From assembly GCA_963752595.1 (NCBI GenBank), contig CAVVYZ010000005.1, forward strand, positions 160,001 through 224,000: DNA of 64,000 nucleotides, in the 5' to 3' direction. Position numbers and translations under genes: made by a program. Shown here one piece after another: positions 15,989-26,900 of the stretch. The stretch is from an uncultured delta proteobacterium (GTDB taxonomy: Bacteria > Desulfobacterota > Desulfomonilia > UBA1062). Every line of letters begins with the position of its first letter. Within the stretch, counting starts at the first letter, position 1. The notes beneath the pieces were generated by a model. The model worked only from the letters and a program-made list of their open reading frames with translations, searched no databases and had not been told where the DNA came from.

Positions 15989-17778
15989 TCAACCCTTGTT
16001 CTTGCTGTCCTGCAGCTCCTTGAGAAGGTCTCCGAGGTTCGTGCCCACCTTTTCGCTGCCCTTCTCCTGGGTTGCGAGGTCTTCTTTTCCTGGGCCTCTT
16101 CAATGGCCTTGATGGAAAGCCCGATCTTCTTGTTTTCCGGGTTGAGCCGCAGGACCATGGCCTCTACTTCCTGGCCCACTGTGAGAACACTGGCGAGGTT
16201 CTCGATCTTGTTGCTGCTCACCTCGGATATGTGGATCATCCCTTCGACACCTTCCCGGATCTCCACAAAGGCGCCGAAATCCGTCAGAGAGGTGATCTTC
16301 CCCTTCACGATCGAGCCCACCGGGTGTTCGTTGGCAACCTGGGTGCCATGGATCGGGACTCAACTGTTTGAGGCCCAGCGAGAACTTCTCACTCTCGGGA
16401 TCAACGGTCAGCACCTTGGCCTGGATGACGTCACCCTTCTTGTAAAGCTCCCGGGGATTCTTTACCTTGGGATCCCAGGTGAGGTCGGACACATGGATAA
16501 GCCCGTCGATGTCGATGCTCTCATCCACGCTCACAAACAGGCCGAAATCCGTTACGTTCTTCACGGTTGCATTGATTACGGTTCCCGGAGGATAGTAATC
16601 ATACAGGAGATCCCAGGGGTTCGGAGATGCCTGCTTGAGACCCAGCGATATCCTCCTGTTATCCTGATCCACTCCTAAGACCACGACATTCACTTCCTGC
16701 CCCTCTTCGAGGACAGTGGAAGGATGGCGCATTCTCTTTGTCCAGAACATCTCTGAGATATGGACAAGGCCCTCTACCCCTTCTTCGACCTCGACGAATG
16801 CGCCGTAGTTCGTGATGGATGTGACCTTGCCGGAGATCTTCTTCCCGATGGGGTAGCGGTATTCGAGGCCCTCCCACGGGTCAGGCGTAAGCTGTTTCAA
16901 ACCGAGTGATATCTTCTCGGTCTCCGGGTCGAACTCGATGACCTTTACCTGAATCTGGTCGCCGGGTGATACCTTTTCCTTGGGTCCTTCAGCTTGCCCC
17001 AGGACATGTCGGTGATGTGCAGCAGACCGTCGATGCCGCCGATATCCACAAAGGCACCATAGGCCATGATGTTCTTTACCGTTCCCTTTACCACATCTCC
17101 CTTGGACAGTGTTGCGATGAGCTTTTTCTTACTCTCTTCCCTGTTCTTCTCGAGGAAGTCTCTGTGGCTTACCACCACGTTGTTCTTCTTCCTGTTGAAT
17201 TTGATGATCGCAACCTCGATTACCTGCCCGACCATCTTTTCCAGCTCTGTCTCAGAAACCGGATTGAGCGTGGCCTGGGAGGTGGGGAGGAAAGAAGGCA
17301 TACCGATGTCCACGGTGAGTCCGCCCTTGATCCGCTCGATAACCCTTCCTTTGAGGAAGGTATGTTCCTGGTAGGCCTGGATGATGTCATCCCATATCTT
17401 GATGCGCTTGGCCTTTTCTTTACTGAGCCTGATTACGCCTCTCGATGGATTGATGCTTTCGACAAGCACTTCGACTTCGTCCCCGACCGATACGGTAATT
17501 ACTCCGTTATCGTCGATGAATTCTCTGATCGAAGCCTGCCCGTCCATCTTCCTGCCGATATCGATCATGATATGTTCAGTTCCCACTTGCACGACCGTGC
17601 CTTTTACCACGGACCCCGTGGAAACGCGCTTATCAATTGTTTCTTCATAGAGAGCTTCCAGCTCGAAGTTCTTTGCGAATTCTGCCGAATCATCTGAAGT
17701 ACTACTGCTCTCCGTCATTTCCTCCTTGACCTTAGGCTCGTCTTTTTGATTTGTTTTAATTTCTTCTAGGTTATACAT
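15989..17778 (-). CDS. rpsA: 30S ribosomal protein S1, frameshifted
   Basis: Repeated S1 domains (YGAFVDIGGIDGLLHITDMSW; YGAFVEVEEGVEGLVHISEM; FGLFV..DGLIHVSDL; FGAFVEI..GVEGMIHISE). Confidence 0.96.
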
Positions 17779-18009
17779 AGTTCCAAATCCCCCTATCCGT
17801 CGTTCCTTATTCCTCGTTTTTCATAAGTTGGCATCCTATACAATATAGATATACAAAACACAAGCCTTTAATGGGGCGTTTCCTGGGCGCAAATGTCCTT
17901 GGGAAATAACTTTCTTAAGGCATATGGAACCGGCTTTCCCTGATATGCTATGGTATCCCTTGAATAATCGGCAGAATCTCTTTTCTTTGCTGCCTGATAC
18001 AAGAAGAAA

Positions 18010-18453
18010 TCAGTCGAGAGGATTCTTTTTCTTCTGCAGACTGGAAGGGTCCTTGAGCGCCTTGTCCAGATCGCTGAACACACGCTGCTTGTCACGGTTC
18101 TCACCCAGGGTCTTTTCGAGCTCCTTGAGCTTCGACTGCTGTTTGTTCTGGAACTGGGAAATCTCATCGGCCATGCGGGGGGCCTCACCTTCCCGCGGCA
18201 GTGCTTCGATCCGGGAGTAATCAGCGATGCCGTACCTGCATTCCGCCCCTGACACGATCATGGAGATGATTTTCTCGTCGACTAGTTTTCTCGCCATGAG
18301 CGACAGCTCTTCCTCTGAAATTTTCAACATGTCGGAAAGGTCCTTCAACGTCGGCGGCCTCTTATTGACATGTTCGAAAACCCGTATCCCTGCGACAAAA
18401 ACATGGGCTGTTTCATAGAGGTTTTTCGCAATCATAATCATTATGTATAGCAA
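18010..18453 (-). CDS. Hypothetical protein, winged-helix-like N-terminus with coiled-coil tail
   Basis: HVFVAGIRVFEH..PPT..L..L..II pattern, charged helical C-terminus ending KNPLD. Confidence 0.65.
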   Translation of the reverse strand: MLYIMIMIAKNLYETAHVFVAGIRVFEHVNKRPPTLKDLSDMLKISEEELSLMARKLVDEKIISMIVSGAECRYGIADYSRIEALPREGEAPRMADEISQFQNKQQSKLKELEKTLGENRDKQRVFSDLDKALKDPSSLQKKKNPLD

Positions 18454-18541
18454 AGACCCTCATGATGCAACTACCATTCAAGATTACCCTTGACCACGCC
18501 GATATATCATTTAAATAATGCCGCTTTAAGGAGGACAGGAA

Positions 18542-19528
18542 TTGAAAAAAACAGCCTCTCTCATCATCGGCCTTCTCTTCATCATGTGCGCCATGACGCC
18601 TGTTTGGGCAGAAGATACCGTCCATCTGGTCAAGAAAGGAGACACACTCTGGGCAATCACGAATCATTATCTGTCGAGCCCATGGAAATGGCCCATCGTG
18701 TGGTCGAATAACCAGGACATCACAAACCCCCATCTCATCTTTCCCGGAGACAACGTGATAATCTCCCGCAAAGGCGGGAAAACTACGATTACGATCGTCC
18801 CTGTCAAGCAGGCGGGAGCCTCAGCAGAACCCGCGATCTATACTCCGAATGAAGCAGCGAGCGTGAAAGAGAAAAATTTCGTGATCTCCCCACAATTTTC
18901 CACATACATCTACAGCCCGAATATACTTACAGGCTCGGGCACCATTCTGAAAAAGCAGGGGATAGGCGACCTCGCATCGAAGAACGAGACGGTCCTCATC
19001 AAGTCCTCCTCGGGTCTTACCCTGAGCAAGGGCATCACCATCGTAACAAAGGTCGCAGATGTTAAGGACAAAGACGAAGTCGTAGGGTACCTCTACAAGG
19101 CCGTCGCAGTGGCGCTGGTGGAAGAAGCTCAAGGAGACGTGTACAAAGCGACCGTTGCTTACTCCAACCAGGAAATCCGCTCAGGAGACCTCATATTTGA
19201 CGACCTTAAACCCCTCCAGCCGCTGAAGGTAAAGCTCTTCGAACCGACCCTGAAAGAGAGTGCCCGGGTGATAGACCTCTTTGGCGGGGTGAGCGGAAGC
19301 AGCTATCTCGACCTCACTTTTATCAACGTCGGCAAGGCAGATGGCGTAGACCAGGGAGCTCTCCTGAGTTTCTATAAGGAACTCGACCTGGATGAGGAAA
19401 AAACCTCGATGAGGGAGTATGAAGGGATGGCCGTTGTCCTCCAGTCTCTGGATAACAGCTGCCTGGCCCTTGTCATAGAATCCAAAGGACCCATTCAGAG
19501 AGACTTCATTGCGGTAGGGGTCCAATAA
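18542..19528 (+). CDS. Exported LysM peptidoglycan-binding protein
   Basis: Signal peptide, HLVKKGDTLWAI..YL..PWKWP.VW..N..I.NPHLIFPGD. Confidence 0.9.
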   Translation: MKKTASLIIGLLFIMCAMTPVWAEDTVHLVKKGDTLWAITNHYLSSPWKWPIVWSNNQDITNPHLIFPGDNVIISRKGGKTTITIVPVKQAGASAEPAIYTPNEAASVKEKNFVISPQFSTYIYSPNILTGSGTILKKQGIGDLASKNETVLIKSSSGLTLSKGITIVTKVADVKDKDEVVGYLYKAVAVALVEEAQGDVYKATVAYSNQEIRSGDLIFDDLKPLQPLKVKLFEPTLKESARVIDLFGGVSGSSYLDLTFINVGKADGVDQGALLSFYKELDLDEEKTSMREYEGMAVVLQSLDNSCLALVIESKGPIQRDFIAVGVQ

Positions 19529-19547
19529 AAAAGTCATCCGTTCATCC

Positions 19548-19572
19548 AAGGCCCCTCACGAGGGGTCTTGGA
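19548..19572. terminator. Possible hairpin terminator between the convergent LysM and PilZ genes
   Basis: CAAGGCCCCTC-AC-GAGGGGTCTTG inverted repeat; no clear U-tract. Confidence 0.4.
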
Positions 19573-19588
19573 TGCATGTCCGAACATT

Positions 19589-19900
19589 TCAGTAAGGAAT
19601 GCCCTGATACGAGAGGAGAAGGTCAAGCCCTTTGTCGTCTGTCCGGGTAAAAGCGACAGCCATACCCGAATCCGTCTTCCGTATGATGCGCCCCTGGGTC
19701 CATATGATCTTGCCGAATTCCGCTGCATCCAGGCTTGCAATAACGTACCCGTCTACATTATCAGGAGGGTTCTCGGTGAAAACGAACATGCCTCCTCTGC
19801 TGATGTTTCTCACCGTGCCGACCTTATAAGCATATCCGTTATCGCGGTATGCCACCTTCAAATCTACCCTGGCCCTCTTGTGCGCCCTCAGCTCTTCCAT
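19589..19900 (-). CDS. Single-domain PilZ protein (c-di-GMP receptor)
   Basis: RxxxR (RAHKR) and NISRGG motifs, C-terminal GMAVAF; GGAG RBS before the ATG at 19900. Confidence 0.85.
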   Translation of the reverse strand: MEELRAHKRARVDLKVAYRDNGYAYKVGTVRNISRGGMFVFTENPPDNVDGYVIASLDAAEFGKIIWTQGRIIRKTDSGMAVAFTRTDDKGLDLLLSYQGIPY

Positions 19901-20136
19901 GTACTTTAAGAATTCTCCTATCAAGGATAAAGGGAAACAAAGCCGGTATCCCTGCATAGGATAAACGGCGGATTTCCCTGCCACAGCATCTTATAATAAA
20001 AGCATATTTTCATCCGATGAGTCAAGACACGTTCAGCCCGGCCTCCCGGCAAGAAAGGATGAGAGCGTTTATTGACTAAGAAATGAATACTGCTAATATC
20101 TTGATAATTTAGTCACTTAAAACATCATACACTGCG

Positions 20137-20165
20137 TTGACACCCTCTGTCCAATAGGATATAGA
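20137..20165 (+). promoter_or_regulatory. Putative sigma70 promoter for hpt
   Basis: TTGACA-17 nt-TATAGA, ending 7 nt before the hpt ATG. Confidence 0.5.
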
Positions 20166-20172
20166 CGATTCT

Positions 20173-20685
20173 ATGAAGGTTTTATATCCTGCCAGCGAAA
20201 TCACAGGAAGGGTCCGGGAACTGGGAGAAAAGATAACAGCCGAATATCAGGGGAAGGAGCTTTTCATTGTCGGTATACTCAAAGGCGGATTCATATTCGT
20301 ATCCGATCTTGTCAGGCACGTGAATCTTCCCCTCAAGATCGAATTTGTCCGGCTCTCCAGTTACGGCTGTTCGGACAGCCCCCAGGCAGAAGTGAAAATC
20401 ATTGACGATGTAAGCGACGCTGTGAAAGGCAAGCACGTCCTGATCGTTGACGATATCATGGATACCGGGAACAGCCTCTTCTGCTTTAAACAACACCTGG
20501 AAAGCAAAGGCCCGGCTTCGGTAAAGATCTGCACCATGATAAACAAGACATCCCGCAGGAAGACCGCTGTCGAACCTGATTATTACGGTTTCAGGGTAAC
20601 GGACGGATTCATTGTGGGATATGGGTTGGACTATGCCGAAGATTTCCGCGGACTGCCGGATATATGCGTGCTGGAAGGCAAGTGA
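20173..20685 (+). CDS. hpt: Hypoxanthine phosphoribosyltransferase
   Basis: GILKGG..F.SDL, SSYG, VLIVDDIMDTG PRPP motif, FIVGYGLDY. Confidence 0.95.
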   Translation: MKVLYPASEITGRVRELGEKITAEYQGKELFIVGILKGGFIFVSDLVRHVNLPLKIEFVRLSSYGCSDSPQAEVKIIDDVSDAVKGKHVLIVDDIMDTGNSLFCFKQHLESKGPASVKICTMINKTSRRKTAVEPDYYGFRVTDGFIVGYGLDYAEDFRGLPDICVLEGK

Positions 20686-20699
20686 CAGGAGGTATCCCC

Positions 20700-21651
20700 T
20701 TGACAGTGGTTGAATGCCCGGAATGCAGAAGCAAATTTAAAATCAATAAAGATCTCAAGCCAAAAGAGAAAGTGAAGATGCGCTGCAGCGTATGCTCCCA
20801 TGTCTTTTCCTTCTCCCCGGCTGAGGAAGATATCACCGATAAAGATTTTGACCTCCTCATCGGCACGAATGATGGAGAATTGGAAGAAAAGCCTCGCCAA
20901 GAACCACCCCAGGCACAGCCTCAGGAGTCCCTCTCTCAGGATATGAACGAGGAAATTACCGAGACTGCTGAAGAAGAGACCCCTGAAGAGGCTGATGGGA
21001 AGGCGAAGACTGATGAAGCCGAGATCGAGCCTGAATCCGTTATACGGGAAATCGACTCCATTCTCGGGTGCAGGAGATGAAGTCCCATCCAAGGATGAAG
21101 CAGCGGGTCCGGAGATAGGTTCCGAGGAGAGGATGCCTCTCAAGTTCAAGATTTCCCTGGTACTTGTCATCCTCCTTTTTATAGGGATCGGCCTCTGGGT
21201 CATGAGGGATTCTCTCCCGTTCTTCCGGAACTCTCAAGGAGATCTGAGCAGCCCCGTCCTCGAGAGAGGCCCCTTCTTTTCCATCCCGGATGAAGGGGTT
21301 ACGTATGAAATCCTTGCCAATAACAGCGAAGGATCTGTCCTGGTCGTGAAAGGTGTAATCAAGAAACTCAGTCCCAAGCCGTTGAAATCGGTCTTGATCG
21401 AAGCGCGGGTATATGATCAGAACAACAATCTCATCGAGAGCCGGAGTGCCTATGCCGGTATCGTACCCGAGTCGGCCGAGCTGATGCGGCAAAAGAGCTC
21501 GGATATCGATACCCTGCTCACTGCCGAGCCGAGGACACTGGGCGTCTTGGAAACGTCTCCTGACATCCCCTTTGCCGTTGCGTTCTTCGGCAGGCCGGCA
21601 CGGGAGGGATCTTCTTTCCAGGTAGAAGTGAAGGAATTTCACTGGAAATAA
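20700..21651 (+). CDS. Zinc-ribbon (MJ0042-type) / DUF3426-like membrane protein, one frameshift near 21065
   Basis: AGGAGG RBS and TTG start; CPEC..F.I..K..K..CSVC..F zinc ribbon, acidic linker, TM helix, periplasmic domain in ORF 20995..21651. Confidence 0.8.
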
Positions 21652-21793
21652 AAAGGGGCAGACAGCATCCGTGATTATGTCTCCCGAATTGCAAAGCTTC
21701 CCGATGCCCCTATCTATATACCTAGGTGCTCGATCGGTCATGGCACATGATATTTGTCCGTCCATCATAATCTCATCAACCGGTTGAAATTCC

Positions 21794-22207
21794 ATGAGGA
21801 TAATGGGTATCGATTATGGAACAAAACGGATCGGGGTGGCGATCAGTGATCCGTCGTGTACTATGGCCCACCCCCTTGATACGATTCTCGTGCGGGAGGA
21901 TGGTTCCCATATGGAGCTGCTGAAAGGGATCGTCCGTGATTATGATGTGCAGAAGATCGTGGTGGGCCTTCCCTACAACATGGACGGCAGCGAGGGCGAG
22001 AGCGCGAACAAGGTGATGCAGTGGTCCGGTGAACTTGGGATCTCGCTTGGTCTGCCTGTGGAACTCTGGGATGAGAGGCTTACCACATCCGAAGCCCATG
22101 AATTCCTCATGCACTTCAAGGTCAAAGGCCCCAAGAGAAGGCAGATCGTAGATAAGATCGCTGCGAGCATCATCCTAAAAAGTTATCTGGATGCGACACA
22201 CTCATGA
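21794..22207 (+). CDS. ruvX: Holliday junction resolvase RuvX/YqgF
   Basis: MGIDYGTKRIGVAISD, VVGLP..MDG, WDERLTT, VDKIAA.IIL. Confidence 0.93.
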   Translation: MRIMGIDYGTKRIGVAISDPSCTMAHPLDTILVREDGSHMELLKGIVRDYDVQKIVVGLPYNMDGSEGESANKVMQWSGELGISLGLPVELWDERLTTSEAHEFLMHFKVKGPKRRQIVDKIAASIILKSYLDATHS

Positions 22208-23199
22208 AGACTGCCTGGCACGGGATCATCATCCTCATCGCTTCTGTTCTGGTTGTCATCACAACCCATACGTACATGTTCATGATCACCCCGAAAATCC
22301 CGCCGAGGCCCCTGATGATAGACATCAAACCGGGCACGAGTGCATGGAAGATCTCCCGCGAACTGGAGAATCAGGGTATAATTACCAATGACGCCATGTT
22401 CATGACTCTGGCCGTCCTCACGGGCAAAGTTACCCGTCTCCAGGCCGGCACCTATGTCTTTGAAGGGAAGCATTACCCCATGGATATCATCCTCATCCTC
22501 TTCAAGGGCAGGACCATGCGGTACCGGATCACCATCCCGGAAGGGTCGACCGTTTACGATATCGGCGCCATCGTCGCTGAAACAGGGCTCTTAAGCAAAA
22601 CCGACTTCATCAGCAGTGCACAGGACATCAAGACAACGAGATTTTTCGGTATCGATGCACCGTCCATGGAGGGCTTCCTCTATCCCGATACGTATTATCT
22701 GGCCCCCCATATGACGCCGCTGGAGATCATGGCGAAAATGGTAAGCCGTTTTCATGATGTATGTTCCCCGGATATGAGGGAACGGCTCCGGGAGCTGGAC
22801 ATGACCTGGCACCAAGTCCTGACCCTGGCTTCTATTATCCAGAAGGAAGCGGTTTCTCCAAAAGAGAAGCCTGTCATCTCATCGGTATTTCATAATCGTC
22901 TCAGATATAATATGCAGCTCCAATCGGACCCGACTGCGGTATACGGTATTGACGGGTTCCGCCGGAAAATCCTTCCCGAAGATATCAGGCGCGATAATCC
23001 TTACAACACCTACAAATGTAAAGGGCTCCCTCCGGGGCCCATCTGCAACCCGGACCTCGGGTCTATCCGGGCAGCCCTGTGGCCTGCACGAACGAACTAC
23101 CTTTTCTTCGTTTCCAAGGGCAACGGCACGCATTATTTCTCCAGGACATACGAGGAACACAGTCGGGCAATCCAGATGGGGAAGACCGTATTTAAATAG
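22204..23199 (+). CDS. mltG: Endolytic transglycosylase MltG
   Basis: N-terminal TM, TIPEG, EGFLYPDTY, LASIIQKE, LQSDPT, NPYNTY..GLPPGPI.NP. Confidence 0.95.
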   Translation: MKTAWHGIIILIASVLVVITTHTYMFMITPKIPPRPLMIDIKPGTSAWKISRELENQGIITNDAMFMTLAVLTGKVTRLQAGTYVFEGKHYPMDIILILFKGRTMRYRITIPEGSTVYDIGAIVAETGLLSKTDFISSAQDIKTTRFFGIDAPSMEGFLYPDTYYLAPHMTPLEIMAKMVSRFHDVCSPDMRERLRELDMTWHQVLTLASIIQKEAVSPKEKPVISSVFHNRLRYNMQLQSDPTAVYGIDGFRRKILPEDIRRDNPYNTYKCKGLPPGPICNPDLGSIRAALWPARTNYLFFVSKGNGTHYFSRTYEEHSRAIQMGKTVFK

Positions 23200-23326
23200 C
23201 ACGTGATCCTTCGTTTCTGAAAGGTTAAGCGGAAGCGGTTATAAATATCGGACGGAAATTCAGAAGCCTAAAAACAATACGTTTTATCCCTAAAGTAAAA
23301 TCTCCCCAAGTACGATAGAAACGTTC

Positions 23327-23940
23327 ATGAATCGCTTGCGTGCAGCCATCATCGACGATGATGCAGGGATACTGGACCTTATTGAGCAGATACTCAAGGA
23401 AGAAGGTATAGATGTCAGACGTTATTCCCAGGCAGAGGAATTCCTGACTCATCTTGAGGCATACGATCTGGACATCATTATCTCAGACCTCATGCTTCCC
23501 GGAATGTCCGGGCTCGACCTGCTCGACGATCTCAATTCCCGGGGCAAGGAAATCCCGGTAGTGATCATAACCGGTTACGCGTCACTTGATTCGGCTATCG
23601 AGGCAGTGAACAGAGGCGCATTTCAATATATAAAAAAGCCGTTCAATATCGAAGAAATACGGTTCGTGATCAACCGCCTCAGGCAGCGCAGGGATACCAT
23701 GAAGGAGATGGAGAGGCTTAAGAGTCAGGTAAAATCATTGCAGGAAAGGATCGGGGAAGAAGGCAAAGAAGACCCCGGAATATCCTTCCGCTCTCGCCCT
23801 TGAGCCTTATCCAGGAGACTACGGATGTAAGCAAAGCCCTTTCCGCCATCGAATTCCTCGGGCGGCTGAAATCAGACGGGTTCATTTCCGAAAAGGAATT
23901 CGGCGATTATAAGGGAAAGATTCTCAAAAGGATCATATAA
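23327..23940 (+). CDS. Response regulator receiver protein with coiled coil and C-terminal SHOCT-like domain (frameshift near 23800)
   Basis: IDDD/ISDL.LP..SG/ITGY/KPF receiver; shifted frame continues ..IEFLGRLKSDGFISEKEFGDYKGKILKRII*, stop overlapping the next ATG (TAATG). Confidence 0.75.
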
Positions 23941-25364
23941 TGCATGATAAAGTGTTGATCGTCGATGATGATCCGGGAATCCGCAGCACAATTTCAGAGT
24001 TGATCCAGGAACTCGGGTACGAGTCCGAGACTGCATCGGACGGTGTGGATGCTGTGGGCCTCCTTGATTCCGGGCCCTACCTGTGCGTGTTTACGGATAT
24101 CATGATGCCCAACATGAGCGGGCTGGAGCTCATACGGAAGATCAAGGCGCGGGATGTCTCGCTGCCCATTATCGTCATCACGGGATACGCATCGCTGGAA
24201 ATCGCCATAGAGGCCATGAAATACGGCGCTTCAGATTTTATCTCAAAGCCGTTCAAGGTCAAACAGATCGAGCTCCTGCTCAATAAGGTGAAGCGAGAAA
24301 AGCTGCTTCTTGAAGAGAACAGGCGATTCTCCGATACCCTGCACCTTCACCGGCTCATCGACAACCTCGTGGGACAGCTCGAAGACAAAAACGAGGAGAT
24401 TCTTTCCCTGCAGGAGATATCGGAGAAGATCATCAGCCTGAAAGGGATCCGGGATCTTGTCGGTGCGATCATCGATGTTTCCAAACAGCTCCTTGACGAA
24501 GCAGATGTGCGGTTCTTCCCGCTGAGCAGAAAGGAAAACAAGCTCATCGACACAGAGAGCGGGAAAGAACTGCCGGTTGATCCCGTCCTTCTTCAGGGGA
24601 ATATAGTGAGGAAGAACAGCTCGGGAACGCAGCTCGTGGATAAATTCGAAACCATCTTCCCGCTCATGATCGAGGGGCAGGTCTTCGGAGCCCTTTTCAT
24701 AATTTCATCCACCATCCTGGGTGAAGATAAGGAAGGGAAAATCCAGTATCTCCTCAACCGCTCCGCTGAGAGGCTGGAGAATGTGGCGCTCTACGAAGGC
24801 CTCTATGAGAACATGCTTTCCACCTTGAACAGCATGGCCAAGATACTCGATGCACGGGATCCCCATACATCCCAGCATTCCACCCGTGTCACCACCCTGT
24901 CCATGTCCATGGCGGAAGCGCTCGAACTTACGGAGGAAGAACGCGATACCCTTTTCATAGCGGCTTCACTGCATGACATCGGGAAAGTGGGTATCCCCGA
25001 CAACATCCTGCTGAAACGCGGCAAGCTCACCGACGAAGAATTCGATTTCATCAAGAGACACCCGGATATCGGGGCCGATATCCTCAAACCCCTGCCCCCA
25101 ATGGCTAAAGAGACAGAGATCATCCGGCACCACCATGAGCGGTTTGACGGAAGAGGATACCCTTCGGGATTGAAGGAAATAGAAATTCCCTACCTGTCAC
25201 GGATCATTTCCCTGGCCGATTCATTCGATGCCATGACCTCGGACCGGCCGTACAGGAAAGGCATGTCCGTAGCAGAGGCGGTTGCAGAAATCAATCAGTG
25301 CAAGGGAAAACAGTTCGACCCTGTCCTTGCAGATATTTTCATAGAAAAGGTTGCAGGCAGCTGA
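23940..25364 (+). CDS. Response regulator with HD-GYP cyclic-di-GMP phosphodiesterase domain
   Basis: REC (VDDD, TDIMMP, KPF); HD-GYP (HS.RV, LHDIGK, HHERFDGRGYP, DSFDAMTSDRPYRK). Confidence 0.93.
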   Translation: MHDKVLIVDDDPGIRSTISELIQELGYESETASDGVDAVGLLDSGPYLCVFTDIMMPNMSGLELIRKIKARDVSLPIIVITGYASLEIAIEAMKYGASDFISKPFKVKQIELLLNKVKREKLLLEENRRFSDTLHLHRLIDNLVGQLEDKNEEILSLQEISEKIISLKGIRDLVGAIIDVSKQLLDEADVRFFPLSRKENKLIDTESGKELPVDPVLLQGNIVRKNSSGTQLVDKFETIFPLMIEGQVFGALFIISSTILGEDKEGKIQYLLNRSAERLENVALYEGLYENMLSTLNSMAKILDARDPHTSQHSTRVTTLSMSMAEALELTEEERDTLFIAASLHDIGKVGIPDNILLKRGKLTDEEFDFIKRHPDIGADILKPLPPMAKETEIIRHHHERFDGRGYPSGLKEIEIPYLSRIISLADSFDAMTSDRPYRKGMSVAEAVAEINQCKGKQFDPVLADIFIEKVAGS

Positions 25365-25387
25365 TACATTCAAACGAAGGGCAGATG

Positions 25388-25765
25388 CTAGGGCACCCGG
25401 CCGGTGGTGTTCGTTACCTGGGTGAGGTTGCGGACCTGCTGCCTCAGGCGCTGGTTTTCAGCTTCAAGATTTCGCACCCTCTGTGACAGCGTCGAGACCA
25501 TCCCGGAATTATCATCAGCGGGTTGCTGGTTCTTCTGCCTGAGCATGCCCACTTCCGTCTCCAGGCTGTCCACCTTGGCGCCGAGTTCCTCATTTTTGTT
25601 CTCTATGGTTGCAATATAATTAATCGTGTCCTGGAGGTTCTGCTTGTAGTCCTCTTGCTTGTGCCTGTCCGATCCCCATATCAAATAGCCCAGAATCAAC
25701 CCGACCAGCGTGGGTATCACGACGAGAATCAAAGGCGTGTAGGATCTTTTTTTCTCTTCCGTCAT
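25388..25765 (-). CDS. Single-TM coiled-coil hypothetical protein
   Basis: N-terminal TM, heptad-rich C-terminus, GGAGG RBS. Confidence 0.7.
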   Translation of the reverse strand: MTEEKKRSYTPLILVVIPTLVGLILGYLIWGSDRHKQEDYKQNLQDTINYIATIENKNEELGAKVDSLETEVGMLRQKNQQPADDNSGMVSTLSQRVRNLEAENQRLRQQVRNLTQVTNTTGRVP

Positions 25766-25966
25766 AAACCGCCTCCCCTTTCATACTTCATCTTCAAGAA
25801 TCTCAATATATCATATAACCATTTTACGATTTATTCTCACCATCAGATACAGGACGGCAAGCTTTCTTTGTCTGTATAATGAACCACCTGGGTAGTTCTG
25901 TCCAGGATTTTAAATCCTTTTTAGCTTCTATTTTGACAACAGGGGAATATATGATAATGAAACGCC

Positions 25967-26899
25967 ATGAATATAGCCATAATCGGTGCCCGGAGGTCGA
26001 GAAACGGCATCGGCGAGTACATCGGGAAGTTTTTTCATCGGAATAGCGTAAACATTCTCTGCGTACTCGGGACAACCATGGAGACCGCCGCGGAGGCATC
26101 CGAAGCCCTGAAAAGGCATGGGATTGACGCCAGGCCGTACCGGGACTTTTCCGAGATGACAGCGACAGAAGACCTCGACGCCGTTGCCGTAGCTTCACCT
26201 GAACAGACACACCGTTCATATCTGGGTGCCTGCCTCGAGCAGGGCTTGTCGGTGTTCTGTGAAAAGCCGTTCCTCGATCCCGGCCGGAAAGATTCCGCTG
26301 ATATTCTGAAAGCACTTTTCGCGCTTTCCAAAGAAAAAGAGGCGGTCGTAGCCATGAACTCGCAGTGGCCCTTCTGCCTTCCTTCCTACGAGCAGCTGTG
26401 CGGGAGGATCGACCCCGGCCGTGCCGGACGTTTTTTCATGCGTCTGTCTCCGGTCTGCGAAGGCATAGATATGATCCCGGACTCTGTCCCCCATTGCCTG
26501 AGCATCCTCCACACCGCCCTGGGGAAAGGAGAGCTTGCAGACCTTTTCTTCGATGAGGAGCCGGGCCGTATGGATATCCGCTTTGCCTACATATCACCGA
26601 ACGGACCCTGCGAGGTGTCCCTGTCCCTCGTCAGGGAAACGGCCCAGCCGAGGACGATGTCTTTCGGTTTCAATGACAGGATCGTCCGGAGGATCATCGA
26701 CAAAGCGACATACGATATCCGCCTCGCCTTCGAAGGAAATGAGGTGAGTATCCCCGATCCTCTGGAACTCTCCGTGAGAGATTTCATCCACGCATGCGAA
26801 TCAGGCAGGGAGCCCATGATCGGCCAAGACCATATTACTGCTACGACGCTGCTTTTAAAGCAAATATATGATGCATATGTCCGACTGAAAAGAGGTTGA
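25967..26899 (+). CDS. Gfo/Idh/MocA family oxidoreductase (atypical nucleotide-binding loop)
   Basis: IAIIGA..GIG, DLDAVAVASP..H, VFCEKP motif. Confidence 0.8.
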   Translation: MNIAIIGARRSRNGIGEYIGKFFHRNSVNILCVLGTTMETAAEASEALKRHGIDARPYRDFSEMTATEDLDAVAVASPEQTHRSYLGACLEQGLSVFCEKPFLDPGRKDSADILKALFALSKEKEAVVAMNSQWPFCLPSYEQLCGRIDPGRAGRFFMRLSPVCEGIDMIPDSVPHCLSILHTALGKGELADLFFDEEPGRMDIRFAYISPNGPCEVSLSLVRETAQPRTMSFGFNDRIVRRIIDKATYDIRLAFEGNEVSIPDPLELSVRDFIHACESGREPMIGQDHITATTLLLKQIYDAYVRLKRG

Positions 26900-26900
26900 A

